From NCBI GenBank assembly GCA_002269645.1, contig NIVC01000392.1:372001-436000 (forward strand): a stretch of 64,000 nucleotides of DNA, read 5' to 3'. This stretch comes from Macrostomum lignano. Lineage: Eukaryota. Below, piece by piece: positions 23,972 to 37,859 of this stretch. The translations under genes were made by a program, and so were the position numbers. Position 1 is the first letter of the stretch. Every line of letters starts with the position of its first letter. The notes under the pieces are model-generated. The model saw only the letters and a list, made by a program, of their open reading frames with translations, was not told where the DNA came from and searched no databases.

Positions 23972-26900
23972 TCAGTAGCTAGATTGACTGGTCGTGGTAG
24001 TCGCATCGTCATCGTCATGACCTTCAGCGTTAGCAGCGGCGGCCGCTACAGCGGCTTGCAGGGACGCGGCAGTGCCAGCATTAAGACCGGATTTTTGCTT
24101 CCTGACCGCGGCACTACCGCTGGTTTTCAGCCGGTCTCTAGCGGCCTGCAGCCGATCCAATAGGCGACCAACGTCGGCTTCTAGGCGACCATTGTCCTGG
24201 CAGACGCCTTCCAGCTCGGAGACCAAGCCGAAGCCGGCGCTGGCGCCGCCAGACTGCGGCATCAATCCCGGCGAGCCGTTGTCATCGTAGTCATCGTCAA
24301 GGCCGTCAGCTTCGTCGTCTATGATGTCATCTTCAAGATCAGCCGCGGTCGTCTGTCGCTGCCGACGGCCCAGCTGGTCGCCTAAGCGTTGAGCTTCAAC
24401 CTGACGATGCCGGGACTGCAGCGCTCGCAGTCGTTGTCGTTGAGCAGTGAGAGCGGCCAACTCGTCAACTCGGGCCCGACGCTGCTCTGCTGCCAGTTGG
24501 CGTCGCTGCTCGCGTAGAGTCGTCTCCTCCTGGGCGAGCATCGCTCGGCGACGCTCCTCGGCAGCCAGCAGGAGCTCCTGTTGGCGGCACCAGGCGGCCT
24601 CTTCAGCTCGTTGAGTCTCCGAACGACGCTGGGCTGTTTCCAGGGCCCTGCGCTCCTCCAGGTAGCGTCGCTCCTCTTCGCGGAGTCGGTCGCGTTCGCG
24701 CACCTGCATGAGTTCAGGGGTATTTTTTTAGGAACCAATCGGGGAATTCCTTACAAAGGCTGGAACTTTAGAAAGCTTTAATTTAAACTTTGACATATTT
24801 CTCATTTAGTTTAACTTTAAAGATGGTTTTTAATTTTGATTTCTAAAAAATTATTTAAGGTTTATTGTTAGGGGGAATTCCAGAAGGTTCACTGTTAGCA
24901 GAATTCCCCAACATTCATTTTTAGAGGAATTCCCAAGGTCCGCTGTTAATGGGAATTCTTAAAGGTTCATTGTTTAAGAGGAATTCACAAGGTTTATCGC
25001 TAAGGGGAATTCCTAAGGCTCGTATTTGCTAAGGGGAATTCCCAAGGTTTATTGCTAAGGGGAATTCCCAAGGTTTATTGCTAAGGGGAATTCTTAAGGT
25101 TTATTGCTAAGGGGAATTCCCAAGGTTTACTGCTAAGGGGAATTCCCAAGGTTTATTGCTAAGGGGAATTCTCAAGGTTTATTGCTAAGGGGAATTCTCA
25201 AGGTTTATTGCTAAGGGGAATTCTTAAGGTTTATTGCTAAGGGGAATTCTCAAGGTTTATTGCTAAGGGGAATTCCCAAGGTTTACTGCTAAGGGGAATT
25301 CTCAAGGTTTATTGCTAAGGGGAATTCCCAAGGTTTATTGCTAAGGGGAATTCCTAAGGTTTACTGCTAAGGGGAATTCCCAAGGTTTATTGCTAAGGGG
25401 AATTCTCAAGGTTTATTGCTAAGGGGAATTCCCAAGGTTTACTGCTAAGGGGAATTCCCAAGGTTTATTGCTAAGGGGAATTCTCAAGGTTTATTGCTAA
25501 GGGGAATTCCCAAGGTTTACTGCTAAGGGGAATTCCCAAGGTTTATTGCTAAGGGGAATTCTTAAGGTTTATTGCTAAGGGGAATTCTCAAGGTTTATTG
25601 CTAAGGGGAATTCTTAAGGTTTATTGCTAAGGGGAATTCTCAAGGTTTATTGCTAAGGGGAATTCTCAAGGTTTATTGCTAAGGGGAATTCCCAAGGTTT
25701 ATTGCTAAGTGGAATTCTCAAGGTTTATTGCTAAGGGGAATTCTCAAGGTTTATTGCTAAGGGGAATTCCCAAGGTTTATTGCTAAGGGGAATTCTTAAG
25801 GTTTATTGCTAAGGGGAATTCTCAAGGTTTATTGCTAAGGGGAATTCTTAAGGTTTATTGCTAAGGGGAATTCTTAAGGTTTATTGCTAAGGGGAATTCC
25901 CAAGGTTTATTGCTAAGGGGAATTCCCAAGGTTTATTGCTAAGTGGAATTCTCAAGGTTTATTGCTAAGAAGAATTCCCAAGGTTAATTGCTTTAATTTT
26001 TGTTTTAAGCCAAGATGGGAATTATATAAGTAGCACCACCAACCTGATAGTCCACAATGAACACCGGATAGCGATTGAACAGCGGGTACTGCGGCCCGCC
26101 CAGCGGTGCGAATGCGGGCAACAGACGACAGGGACAGATCTCGGCCGGAGTTCGAGTCCTGAGCTGGCGGGCCTGCTTCACCAGATCCCTGGCGCCTAGG
26201 CAACCGGGCTGGCGATAGTACAGCTCGAATTCGCGCACCTGTGCGCATTGATATCGATTTCTATTGATTAAATCCAAAAGGTACTCACTAATCTTGTACC
26301 TAAAACTTGTATCAGATAGCTAGCAAAGATTCTTTATTGCCAAATCCCGAATCAGATATTCTAAATCCTGGATCCCATATTGTAGATCCCGGATCCCGTA
26401 TTGCAGATCGCGAATCCCGAATTGCAGATCCCGAATCTCATATTGCAGATCCCGAATCTCATATTGCAGATCCCGAATCTCATATTGCAGATCCCGAATC
26501 TCATATTGTAGATCCCGAATCTCAAATTGCAGATCCCGAATCCCATATTGTAGATCCCGAATCTCAAATTGCAGATCCAGAATCTCATATTGTAGATCCC
26601 GAATCTCATATTGCAGATCCAGAATCTCATATTGCGGATCCTGAATCTCATATTGCGGATCCCGAATCTCATATTGCAGATCCAGAATCTCATTGCGGAT
26701 CCCGAATCTCATATTGCGGATCCCGAATCTCATATTGCAGATCCAGAATCTCATATTGCAGATCCCGAATCTCATATTGCAGATCCAGAATCTCATATTG
26801 CGGATCCCGAATCTCATATTGCGGATCCCGAATCTCATATTGCAGATCCAGAATCTCATATTGTAGATCCCGAATCTCATATTGCAGATCCAGAATCTCA

Positions 26901-29900
26901 TATTGCGGATCCCGAATCTCATATTGCAGATCCCGAATCTCATATTGCAGATCCAGAATCTCATATTGTAGATCCTGAATCTCATATTGCAGATCCAGAA
27001 TCTCATATTGCGGATCCCGAATCTCATATTGCAGATCCAGAATCCCATATTGCAGATGCAGAATCTCATATTGCAGATCTCGAATCTTATATTGCAGATC
27101 CCGAATCCCATTTTGGAGATCCTGAATGCCTTATTTTAGATCTCGAATCCCATATTGCAGATCCCCAATCCTTTATTTTAGATCCCGAATCTCATATTGC
27201 AGATCCCGAATCTCATATTGCAGATCCCGAATCTCATATTGCAGATCCCGAATCCCATATTGCAGATCCCGAATGCCTTATTTTAGATCTCGAATCCCAT
27301 ATTGTAGATCCCAAATCCAATTATTGCAAATGCTGAATCTCATATTGCAAATCCCGAATCCCATATTGCAGATCCCGAATCAAATTATTGCAGATCCCGA
27401 ATCCCATATTGCAGATTTCGATTCCCATATTGCAGATCCGGAATCCCATATTGCAGATCCCGAATTTACATAATTTGTATCCAAAATCCCACAGTTAAAA
27501 CAGAAATCTCTGAACAAGCATTAAGAAAACGGTTCAAACTCAAGCACACAATAGATACTACTTATTAACAAACCTCAGTAGCGCGCAGCAGCGGCCCCCT
27601 ACTCAGCAGAGTAAACCCGGCCACAAAGTACAGCAGATAGCCTGGCGGATGGCACAGCAGGCAGTCCCACACGGAAAGCCATTCTTCTCTAGTCAGTACT
27701 TCCGTAAGCAGAGTCTGCAACAGCGGCCAAGCCAGAATCTCCGAGGTGACACCCCTGGCGCACAGGTGAGCATAGAGCTCCTTATCGTGATAGGCAATTA
27801 GATTCTCAATGATTGCCAGAATATTCAATGGCGGATTGGGAAAATATTCGAACCAATGACCGCACCAGTTAGTGAGCACAGTCATGAGCACTTCCATAGA
27901 GTGCAGTTGACTATTTTGAAACAGTTTAACGAACGGAAACGCTAGCAAAGGCAGATAGTCGGCCTCGCCAAACAGAGGACTCCAGAAAGCTACGCAGCTC
28001 AGAGACCGTTGCAACACCCTGCCCAGCTTGTTGCTACGCAGAGGGAATCGGTCTTGCAGAGTGAGAAACGCGGGATGGATGCCTTTGTTATAGAGCGCAT
28101 TAAAAGCGGCGGTGTTCTCTGGCAGTTGAAGCAGAGTCTTCCAAATTAATAGGCGGTATTTTCCAGGAAACTGTCCGAATTCCTGCAGTATGGCTCGCAG
28201 CCTCTTGCGATTTAGCGGCTGGGGCTGCGGCAACTGCTGCTGCTGTTGCTGCTGCGATTGCTGCTTTGAAGACTTTGTTGGAGACACTGAAATGAAGTAA
28301 ATGCATATGTATCAGTTTGCCTACTCATGGGGGAATTGCTGAGATGCCGAAGATCATGGGGGGGAGGGGAATTGCTGAGATGTCAAGGCTCATGGGGGAA
28401 TTGCTGAGATGCCAAGGCTCATGGGGGAATTGCTGAGATGTCGAAGATCATGGGGGAATTGCTGAGATGTCAAGGATCATGGGGGAATTGCTGAGATGTC
28501 AAGGATCTTGGGGGAATTGCTGAGATGCCAAGGCTCATGGGGGAATTGCTGAGATGCCAAGGCTCATGGGGGAATTGCTGAGATGTCAAGGATCTTGGGG
28601 GAATTGCTGAGATGCCAAGGCTCATGGGGGAATTGCTGAGATGCCAAGGCTCATGGGGGGAATTGCTGAGATGCCAAGGCTCATGGGAGAATTGCTGAGA
28701 TGTCAAGGCTCATGGGGGAATTGCTGAGATGTCAAGGCTCATGGGGGAATTGCTGAGATGCCAAGGCTCATGGGGGAATTGCTGAGATGCCAAGGCTCAT
28801 GGGGGAATTGCTGAGATGCCAAGGCTCATGGGGGGAATTGCTGAGATGCCAAGGATCATGGGGGGAATTGCTGAGATGCCAAGGCTCATGGGGGAATTGC
28901 TGAGATGCCAAGGCTCATGGGGGGAATTGCTGAGATGCCAAGGCTCATGGGGGAATTGCTGAGATGTCAAGGCTCATGGGGGAATTGCTGAGATGCCAAG
29001 GCTCATGGGGGGAATTGCTGAGATGCCAAGGATCATGGGGGGAATTGCTGAGATGCCAAGGCTCATGGGGGGAATTGCTGAGATGCCAAGGCTCATGGGG
29101 GGAATTGCTGAGATGCCAAGGCTCATGGGGGGAATTGCTGAGATGTCAAGGCTAATCTCGGCTCAACTCGCACCTGAATAATGAAATTTCAGGTCACTAG
29201 CTTGCCTAGGGTAACTTATTAACTTATAACTCACAAGCTTAAAACTTGAGAAGTTTGACAATGTGAAGACACGTTCTTACCCCGCCCCCAGCAGCAGCAG
29301 CCTTGCCAGACACAATCGTATAGGTCCTGCCAGTGTCTCCGCCGGAGTCAGTAGCTGTCGCAGCAGTCCGGTCTGTCCGATCCGTCACGGGCTCAGTCGC
29401 CGGCCAGGCTGCGGCATCAGCGGCCGCCGCGGCAGCAGCTGCGGCATTGGCGGCCGCCCTGTCACTCATGGCCGCCCTGGCAGATTCGGGTCTCAGCGCG
29501 GTAGTCAGACAGTGGATCAACAGCTGCCCAGAGTTTACCAATGCTAGGCGATCTTTTGTCACGGCCAGTCTGGTCACGTGACTATCGGCCGATTGCAGCC
29601 GATTGGTCAGGGTTGCACCGGATGACCTGCCGCCGCCGGCGCCCAGGCTGACGCAGACAACGCCGCCCGAATGCGCCACGGCTAGTAGAGCAAGTGACCG
29701 CCGCTGATGCTGGGCCGAAGATGAAGAATTCAATCCAGCATCAGCTTCAGTTTCAGGCAAATTCACGGATCTGACAGCGTCAGGCGAGCTGGCAAAGGCC
29801 ACCTGACAGGTGTGGAGAAGTCAAAGTAAATTCATGTTTCACATGGAGTCTGCAAACCTAAACCTACAAAATCTGAAACCAAATCACCTGAACCTACAAA

Positions 29901-32900
29901 ATCTGAAACCAAATCACCTGAACCTACAAAATCTGAAACCAAATCACCTGAAACTACAAAATCTGAAACCAAATCACCTGAAACTACAAAATCTGAAACC
30001 AAATCACCTGAACCTACAAAATCTGAAACCAAATCACACCTGAACCTACAAAATCTGAAACCAAATCACCTGAACCTACAAAACCTGAAACCAAATCACC
30101 TGAACCTACAAAATCTGAAACCAAATCACCTGAACCTACAAAATCTGAAACCAAATCACCTGAACCTACAAAATCTGAAACCAAATCACCTGAACCTACA
30201 AAATCTGAAACCAAATCACCTGAACCTACAAAATCTGAAACCAAATCACCTGAACCTACAAAACCTGAAACCAAATCACCTGAACCTACAAAATCTGAAA
30301 CCAAATCACCTGAACCTACAAAATCTGAAACCAAATCACCAGAACCTACAAAATCTGAAACCAAATCACCTGAACCTACAAAACCTGAAACCAAATCACC
30401 TGAACCTACAAAATCTGAAACCAAATCACCTGAACCTACAAAATCTGAAACCAAATCACCTGAACCTACAAAATCTGAAACCAAATCACCTGAACCTACA
30501 AAATCTGAAACCAAATCACCTGAACCTACAAAATCTGAAACCAAATCACCTGAACCTACAAAATCTGAAACCAAATCACCTGAAACTACAAAATCTGAAA
30601 CCAAATCACCTGAAACTACAAAATCTGAAACCAAATCAACTGAACCTACAAAATCTGAAACCAAATCACCTGAACCTACAAAATCTGAAACCAAATCACC
30701 TGAACCTACAAAATCTGAAACCAAATCACCTGAACCTAAAAAATCTGATAAATGAATCCAGCTGCACTCCCTCATCACCTGTCTCAGCGGGCAGAGTTGC
30801 ATTCCCACACTAGCTGGCAGCTCCAGAACCCTGGCCATCTGCAGGCTATCCAGATCCCACACGTGCACCTGTCGAGTTTGACCGCAGGCTACTAGCTGGC
30901 GACCGTCGGGTGTGAAGTCCAGGCTGCGATAGCGAGGGCCCAGCTCGGCTGTGGATATTTTGCCAGAGGGAATGACTGGTTAGCGAGTAGCGAGTCAAAA
31001 TTGAGTGAAAATCTAAGAGAAAGCATATTGAATACATAAATGAGTGATAGGTTAAACAAAGACTGACGGATCGATTATTGCCACGTTTAAAGGAGTGACA
31101 CATAAAGGAGTACCACAACAAAGAGTTGGAATATTAGGTACCAGACCAGAGTCGGAAAAACACCAGAACAAAGAGTCGGAAAAACACCAGAACAAAGAGT
31201 CGGAAAAACACCAGAACAAAGAGTCGGAAAAACACCAGAACAAAGAGTCGGAAAAACAACAGAACAAATAGTCGGAAAAACACCAGAACAAAGAGTCGGA
31301 ATAATATCAGAACAAAGAGACGGAACAATAGGTACCAGAACAAAGAGCCTGAATAAAACAGGAACAAAGAGTCAGAATAATACCAGAACAAAGAGTTGGA
31401 ACAATAGGTATTAGAACAAAGAGCCTGAATAATACCAGAACAAAGAGTCGGACTAAGTTGGAAAAACATCAGAATAAAGAGTTGGAATAACACCAGAACA
31501 AAGAGCCTGAACAATAGGAGAACAATGGGCTGGAACATACATGCGCAACGTCCAAAATTCGGTCGGCCGTGCGACTTAGTTTTAACAAAAATGCGACGTA
31601 GTTTTTGGCCAAAAATGCGACTTACATGTAAAAAACCCTAAAGCAAAATTAACGCAACTTTGGGTAAACGGCGGGAGTAACTATAACTGTCTTATCAGGC
31701 AAAAATGCCTCGTCAGCTACTTAGTACTACTGCGTGGGTATTTTTGGGTGGGCATTTTTGCGACTTCCTTGGTTGGCTGCCAAATCAGTCGGCCGGATCG
31801 GCCGACTCGGCCGACTGTTGCGCATGTATGGGCTGGAAAATATCAAAACAAAGTCTTAGGCCTGAAATAAGAGGAAAACAATCATCAGAAAAGAACAAAG
31901 AGTCACAGGATTAAAAAAGCAAGAGCCGCACCAGAGATAATCCCGTCTGACATATTGGCATCCGGCCACTTACCCTCAGCGCCAGTGGACAATCCGGACA
32001 GCTGCAGAGGCGGCGGCGGAGTGGGCAGCTGACCCCTGCACTGCAGCGTCTCCGAGTCCCACAGAAACAGGCTGTCGTCGCGAAAGGCGGTCAAGATCAA
32101 ATTCCTAGTTGGCACAAAGCTGGCTAGCAATAACTGCACATCTTCGCGTACGCTCAAACGACGCAGTCTAGACCGAGCGTCGACATCCCACAGCAGGGTG
32201 ACGTCGGGATCTGTGGTGAGCACGTAGCGACCGCCAGAATGAGGGCTGATGCCAGTAACTGCGGCAGAGTGCCCGCTGAGAGTTGCCAGCTCGCTGGCGG
32301 GCCCCGAGCCGCTCTGCCCGATTGCCAGCAGGCGGACATCGCCGTCGGCTAAGGCGGCGAGAAATTGGCGACGATCTCGGAGGCCGAAGGAGAGCGCAGT
32401 GCACGGGTGACGGGTGTGCAGGACGTGCTCGAATCTGGGGACAGATGATATAATTATATAATAATTGATTACACCTGCCCTAATAGGCAGATGTGCAACC
32501 GACAGCTCAGCCGCAGCTATTCCAAGGACTGGGGGTCGCCACACACCCTCAATTACCCCAGCTAATGCTGGCACCCATTTTACAGCTGGGTGAACTGAAG
32601 GAATGCAGAGTTAAGTGTTCCGAGTGGGATCGGGAATCGAACCCACGGCTACAGTACAGTCCCTACAACCCCTCTCGTGGGGAGAGAGTAGAGCGCACAC
32701 ATTAACAACGGCCCTGACACAGAAGCTCCAAACTAATGTTGCTGAGCAGGGCTGTCGTGGTGCGAGCTGCTGGGGAGAGCTCACTGACCCATTAGATGAA
32801 AGAGACTAGCGAATTGTATCTGAGACTTCCAAGCAAGCATACTTTAAAAAAGTTTACACAAACCTGCCGCGTCCAAAGTCGAACAGATAAAAGTGGCCGA

Positions 32901-33022
32901 GATGATCGGCAGCCAGAAGGCGCTGCCCAGACTGATCAAAAGCTACCTGGGTGAAATGGCCAACCTGAGGATGCGCCCTTTGTCCACTGCTGTATCCACT
33001 GTTTTGCACTACAAGCTGCAGC
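23972..33022 (-). CDS. TBC1D31: TBC1 domain family member 31 (WDR67): WD40 repeats, Rab-GAP TBC domain, coiled coil. Exons 33022-32864, 32434-31974, 30975-30779, 29802-29281, ~28286-27574, 26238-26044, 24703-23972; first exon unresolved (candidate 40833-40775)
   Basis: Exons translate to recognisable TBC1D31 blocks (VAFDQSG..LLAADHLG; CTALSFGLR..FLAALAD; LLQLPENTAAF; YLPLLAFPFVKLFQN; HWFEYFPNPPLNIL; QYPLFNRYPVFIVDYQ; ERDRLREEE). GT-AG sites and phases agree except at the 29281/28286 junction. Confidence 0.93.
24990..25985. repeat. 26-bp minisatellite, TBC1D31 intron
   Basis: About 38 copies of AAGGTTTATTGCTAAGGGGAATTCCC (variants TCTC, TCTT). Confidence 0.95.
26340..27470. repeat. 21-bp minisatellite, TBC1D31 intron
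   Basis: About 50 copies of GCAGATCCCGAATCTCATATT; source of the spurious ADPESHI ORFs. Confidence 0.95.
28325..29150. repeat. 29-30-bp minisatellite, TBC1D31 intron
   Basis: About 28 copies of G(5-6)AATTGCTGAGATGCCAAGGCTCAT. Confidence 0.95.
29855..30750. repeat. 30-bp minisatellite, TBC1D31 intron
   Basis: About 30 near-perfect copies of CCAAATCACCTGAACCTACAAAATCTGAAA. Confidence 0.96.
31110..31527. repeat. Degenerate 24-bp minisatellite, TBC1D31 intron
   Basis: CCAGAACAAAGAGTCGGAAAAACA units, regular at 31140-31300 and degenerate beyond. Confidence 0.88.
31536..31830. mobile_element. hAT-type MITE family B (295 bp)
   Basis: Perfect 14-bp TIRs CATACATGCGCAAC and GTTGCGCATGTATG; exact 8-bp TSD GGCTGGAA at 31528-31535 and 31831-31838; subterminal TCGGCCGA repeats. 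Confidence 0.93.
32450..32715 (-). mobile_element. CORE-like SINE in TBC1D31 intron
   Basis: Near-identical body to 5400-5694 (GATTACACCTGCCC...CCCTCAATTACCCCAGCTAATGCTGG...CAGCTGGGTGAACTGAAG); B box present as GAATCGAACC on the plus strand; tail ends about 15 nt from the 32434 acceptor. Confidence 0.87.
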
Positions 33023-33713
33023 CTAAAAATTAATAAAAAAGAAGCCTTGTGATAAAATTAAATTAGAATCACTGGAGACACACCAGGACTAAGAGAGTGT
33101 GTTACTGGCCTAAACAATTAGCTCTAGGGAAGACATACTAGTTACTAACATATAAGCTACAATATCAATGTCAATATAAAACCAGACTTTTTGAAATAAT
33201 AAACAAGCAAAATAAGTTTAAGAAAACGATGAATACTTTAGTTCAAATGGTAAATTATAGTATAATGGGAAAAACAAAAGATTTTTTCTTTAAAAAAAAT
33301 AAAAAATTGTATTTTATTTTAGTAAATAATCAAAGTTTTTTATTTCTAGACCAATTTTTATAAAATAAATATCTTTAAAAACCTTTTAATAGGGGGCCTA
33401 AGATCCATACCATGACATATCAATGTACATTTTTATTGGAAAATTTTCTTATAACCCTTATTAAGCTAGGCTTAAGGAATCAAAAAGCAGACTAGGATGC
33501 TAAAATATTAGAGTATTAAAATGAAAAAGCATATGCATTGCAGAATATGAAGACATTGACTTAATTCCCTTTAAGTTTAGTTTAGTATAACATTATTTGT
33601 CTTTTGCCACTCTTTTATCTTTATATCTTACAATATCCATATTTTGCCTAATGGAAAATAGTATAAAATTTGAAGAAAATTGGTCAAGGCAAGTGAGCTC
33701 TAAAGCATTATGG

Positions 33714-33925
<212 letters not shown>

Positions 33926-35849
33926 ATATATAAACCTTAAAGATTTAGTATATTTAGATATAAAGAAATGGAAGTCCTAAAAAAACTAGAGGTTATGTCA
34001 CGGTAGTGAAGACATAAGTTTGTAGAACAGGATCCTTATATTTACTTTTGTTTCATAATGCCTATAATTATAGATGTTCATTGGGGTATTATATTACAAA
34101 AGTAAAGATAGAAATGTTGGATTATAGTCATTTTGGCAAAAAGACCTTTTGGCAAAGGGCATTTTGGCTTGAGTTAGATATTATTAGTCACTTCGGTGAA
34201 AGGGGTAAACAAACAGCGGGAACCTTAATCATTGATTGACCAAATTACTTTGTGTATATGGCAGTATATTTGAACTATATGTACCTAGTATTTCAAAGTT
34301 ATAACTTAGCATATTGTAATTTGTATGGTATATAAGTATATTAGTATCATTTTCTGATACTATATTTGTTTAAATGTAAACATCAAACATTAATTGCATA
34401 TAACTGTGAATGTACAATGAAGCACTATATTGTGGTGGCCAGACTGTATGCGACTGGTAGCACCAATGCAGCCACACTAGAAACCCCTCCAACCTCTATC
34501 TAGCTGAGATGGGGTGGTTGCACACTGTGCTAGCTGGCTTGCTAAGCCAGGGGATTGGCATAGCCTATCATGCCATGCCACCTATTTGCACCTCCCTAGG
34601 CCCCTCATGAATCTCGTGCAGTTTGTGTAAATATAAATATATGCACAAAGCAGCATAAAACTCTTTGCTCCCATTCTATCTATTGAAATAAAAGGGCATT
34701 CCACCTCATTATGCACTATAAATTGCAACATCATATATGCAGATATGTATTGCTAGTAGTTTTTATAATGCTTGCTTCCAATCTAAATACATGTTAAAAT
34801 CATCACATATATGTATGCTAGATATACAATATATATGTACATAGATTAAACTAGAATAATAATGTATATAGAATACATGTATTATTGTTACTGCAGTAGC
34901 TATTAAGTTTTGTGTATACTTAGCTTTACTAAATTGGCTTTGATTGAATTGGTTTTTGATTAAATTGATTCTTGATTAGACTTTTATTTACACTAGGCAC
35001 AATTTTAAATTATGATATATCAGTTCAATTGGCTTTTGCCAATGTGACCTGCACCCAAAATGTTAAGTCTAACAAATTAAGCAAAACTCTTTTAGTTTCG
35101 CATCTAGCCATTATCATAATCAATGTCAAAAAGACAGTCATTGGAACAAATAGACAAAGTCATTACAGGGTACTGCAATTGAAATTCCCAAAGAATAGCA
35201 AACTGGGTTTATTTTTTGTGCGTAGATTATGCATATGCACCCTAAATTTTAAAATTGCACCCAGAAATTGAAAAGTGGGTGCGGTTTAAGTATGGTCTCA
35301 TAACCTATTTTTTCATTAAAACCTCATTTGCACTGCCTTGAAATTAGAAAATAGAGAAATTGCACTCTGAGACCTGAAATTAAGCACAGGGTACAATTTT
35401 GCACTTTGTCTCTGGCAAAAAATAAAACCCAGATTAGCAAAGATATTAGTGCAAAATTAGTGAAAATACATTTAATAATAAGTAGAGTATACATTAGCAC
35501 ATGAAACCCTAAGTTGGTATCCCCTTACTTTTATTTTATAATATACTATTAACCTTAACAGTTAACTAACAAACTAACAAATTGATTAATAATTATACTT
35601 TTGTTTTAACAAATTGTCTATTAAGGATATTATAGGCCCTATAATAAAAGTGAATATAAGGACTATGCTTTAATAAACTATGAGTAGGATTTTTGCACCT
35701 GGCTACATCTATTTCACCTATTTCAATTCTTATTATTCTCTTTCTTACTTCTTACTTACAATTTCGTATAACAAAACTAAGCTATACAATAGGATATAGG
35801 TACTATAAGATGAAAGAATGTCATTAGGCTAACTGGGCATTTAATTATA

Positions 35850-36308
35850 GGCAGTTGTTATTTGTCCGGTGACCAGCTAAATAGCCTTTTTGCTATTTGT
35901 CCAGTTAAATTGCTAACACAAGTATCTATTTGTTTTGTGATGAATATTCTAGATTTTTAAGACCTTTTCTCATTCTTGTATACTGATTAATTTTCTTCTA
36001 TACTAGTATAAGCAAAGCAGTGTATTCAGTTTGGCATAATTTGGTGTATAAGACACACTAGTATAACAACATAATAATCAAGATATGAGTAAGAAGTCTT
36101 TGAAGTCTATGAATATTTACCCTTGTAGTTTTTATGAAATAGATATTTTAGCAATTATCTATTTTACTGGACAAATAACAAAATGCCTATTTGTCCGGTA
36201 TTAACCGGATGAATAGGAAAGCATGGTCATTATCCAGTAACTGGACAAATAAGTAATAACCACATTGCTATTTGTCCAGTCACTGGACAAATAAGCCTAA
36301 CAACTGCC
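35850..36308. mobile_element. Mutator (MULE)-type MITE
   Basis: TIRs GGCAGTTGTTA and TAACAACTGCC; exact 9-bp TSD TTAATTATA at 35841-35849 and 36309-36317; subterminal TATTTGTCC(A/G)GT motifs in both orientations; solo TIR-like copy near 37682. Confidence 0.82.
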
Positions 36309-37859
36309 TTAATTATAACATAGCAAATAAAATAACTAGACAACTAGCAGAATATAGTATAGCAAAAGCATAATTTCAAAGAACATGTAATAGGCCTAAA
36401 AAATTGATAAAAAAATTAAATATCATTAAAAAGCTTACCCAGTTTCTATTTCAAACACTTTGTTGACCTTTCCTAGTGTCCCACTTTTATGTCCAAAAAC
36501 ATTTACTTTATTCATATCAAGCTTTGGCTGTTGCTCTTTGTTCAGTAGAAAATGAAAATACTGCTGTGTTTATTTAATTACACCTATCTGCTATCAATAG
36601 GCCTACTACTAGACTAGACAGAGTAGACCTATGACTTGACTCTATTTTTTTTCTTTCTTAGTTTATCTGAACAATAGTTTCGGACTAATAAGTGCTTATA
36701 AACACTTTATCGTTCACAAAAAGTCACTCAGCCAGTGTTTTTTCTTTTGTTAAATCTACACTCTGGCCTGGCAGACTGGCACACAAGCCTTTATAAATTA
36801 TTACATAATTGATAGACCGAAAGAAAGAATAAATTATAATAGGCCCTAATTGCAACAAAAAATTAACGGCTGTAGTGGGTACTATTAACGATAAAGATTA
36901 ACGAAATGCAGCTAGCTAGCCTGCAGTCTAACCTCTGGTACTAAGATTAGGGCCTAGTAGGCACACCAAACAACACTTACTGACTTACTTTCTTCTTCAT
37001 TCAATATGGAATGACTCGAATTTGAATTGCACTGGATCCTGGAATTTAGAATTGTAACGCGTATGTACAAATCATCGTTTTTTAATTAAATGTTTTAGTA
37101 GCCCTTTTTAGAAACTGTTTAAAAAATTAAAGTTCGATTAAAAAATTAAAATTATATTACTGCTGACAAAAGTTAATGTTTGTTATACAGGCTTTTCTTG
37201 TTTACTCTTAAACGAGTATTACGAACAAATGTTTTTCATGGAAAAAAACTTCCAGCAGGCTTTTGTGGTTATTAAAGCAGTATTTTTAATACCTAGACGT
37301 GTTTTCTGTTTATGTTAAATAGAATGGTAGCAGTGACAACCACTTTTCACAAAATATTTTGATGCTAAAATTTGTTTAGTTTCCATTCACCCGATACCAT
37401 CAAGTTTTATAAACTTTTGTATTTGCTGTCATGACTCATGTCATGCTACTATGCATGCCATCGCCTGATTCATTGGCGCCGGATTGACTGGATACCTGGC
37501 ACTGGCATGACATGACAAATCAAATATAGCCCCCTCCCTAGGCACATTATAGAGAATGTAGAGGCTTAAAAATAATATATTCGATTTTTTATTTTAATTG
37601 ACATGTTGACACACTGTATTAAATTAAGCATCCAGTTTTGTCTCTTTATGGCTTTAAACTAGGCCTACCCTTTAAATACTAGGCAGTTGTTATTGCTCCA
37701 GTGGCTGTATAAATAACAAAATAGTTCTTTCTCCAATGAATACATAGAACTAATAATGCTTGCATAAGATAAGATTTTAAGCATATAGGGCCTAAATAGC
37801 AAACCCAAAGCATGTTATTTTTATAGGGCCTAGTATTACATTACATTACATTACAACAA

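Noticed and set aside
26307-27473. Long repetitive ORFs (ADPESHI; likewise 23350-23928, 33593-33980, 44017-44958, 53082-53589, 59554-59983)
   Set aside because: By-products of stop-free tandem units, mostly inside introns of well-supported genes and open in several frames or strands.
24990-30750. Regular 21-36-bp repeat arrays resembling CRISPR arrays
   Set aside because: Units are head-to-tail with no unique spacers, lie in spliceosomal introns, and no cas genes are present.
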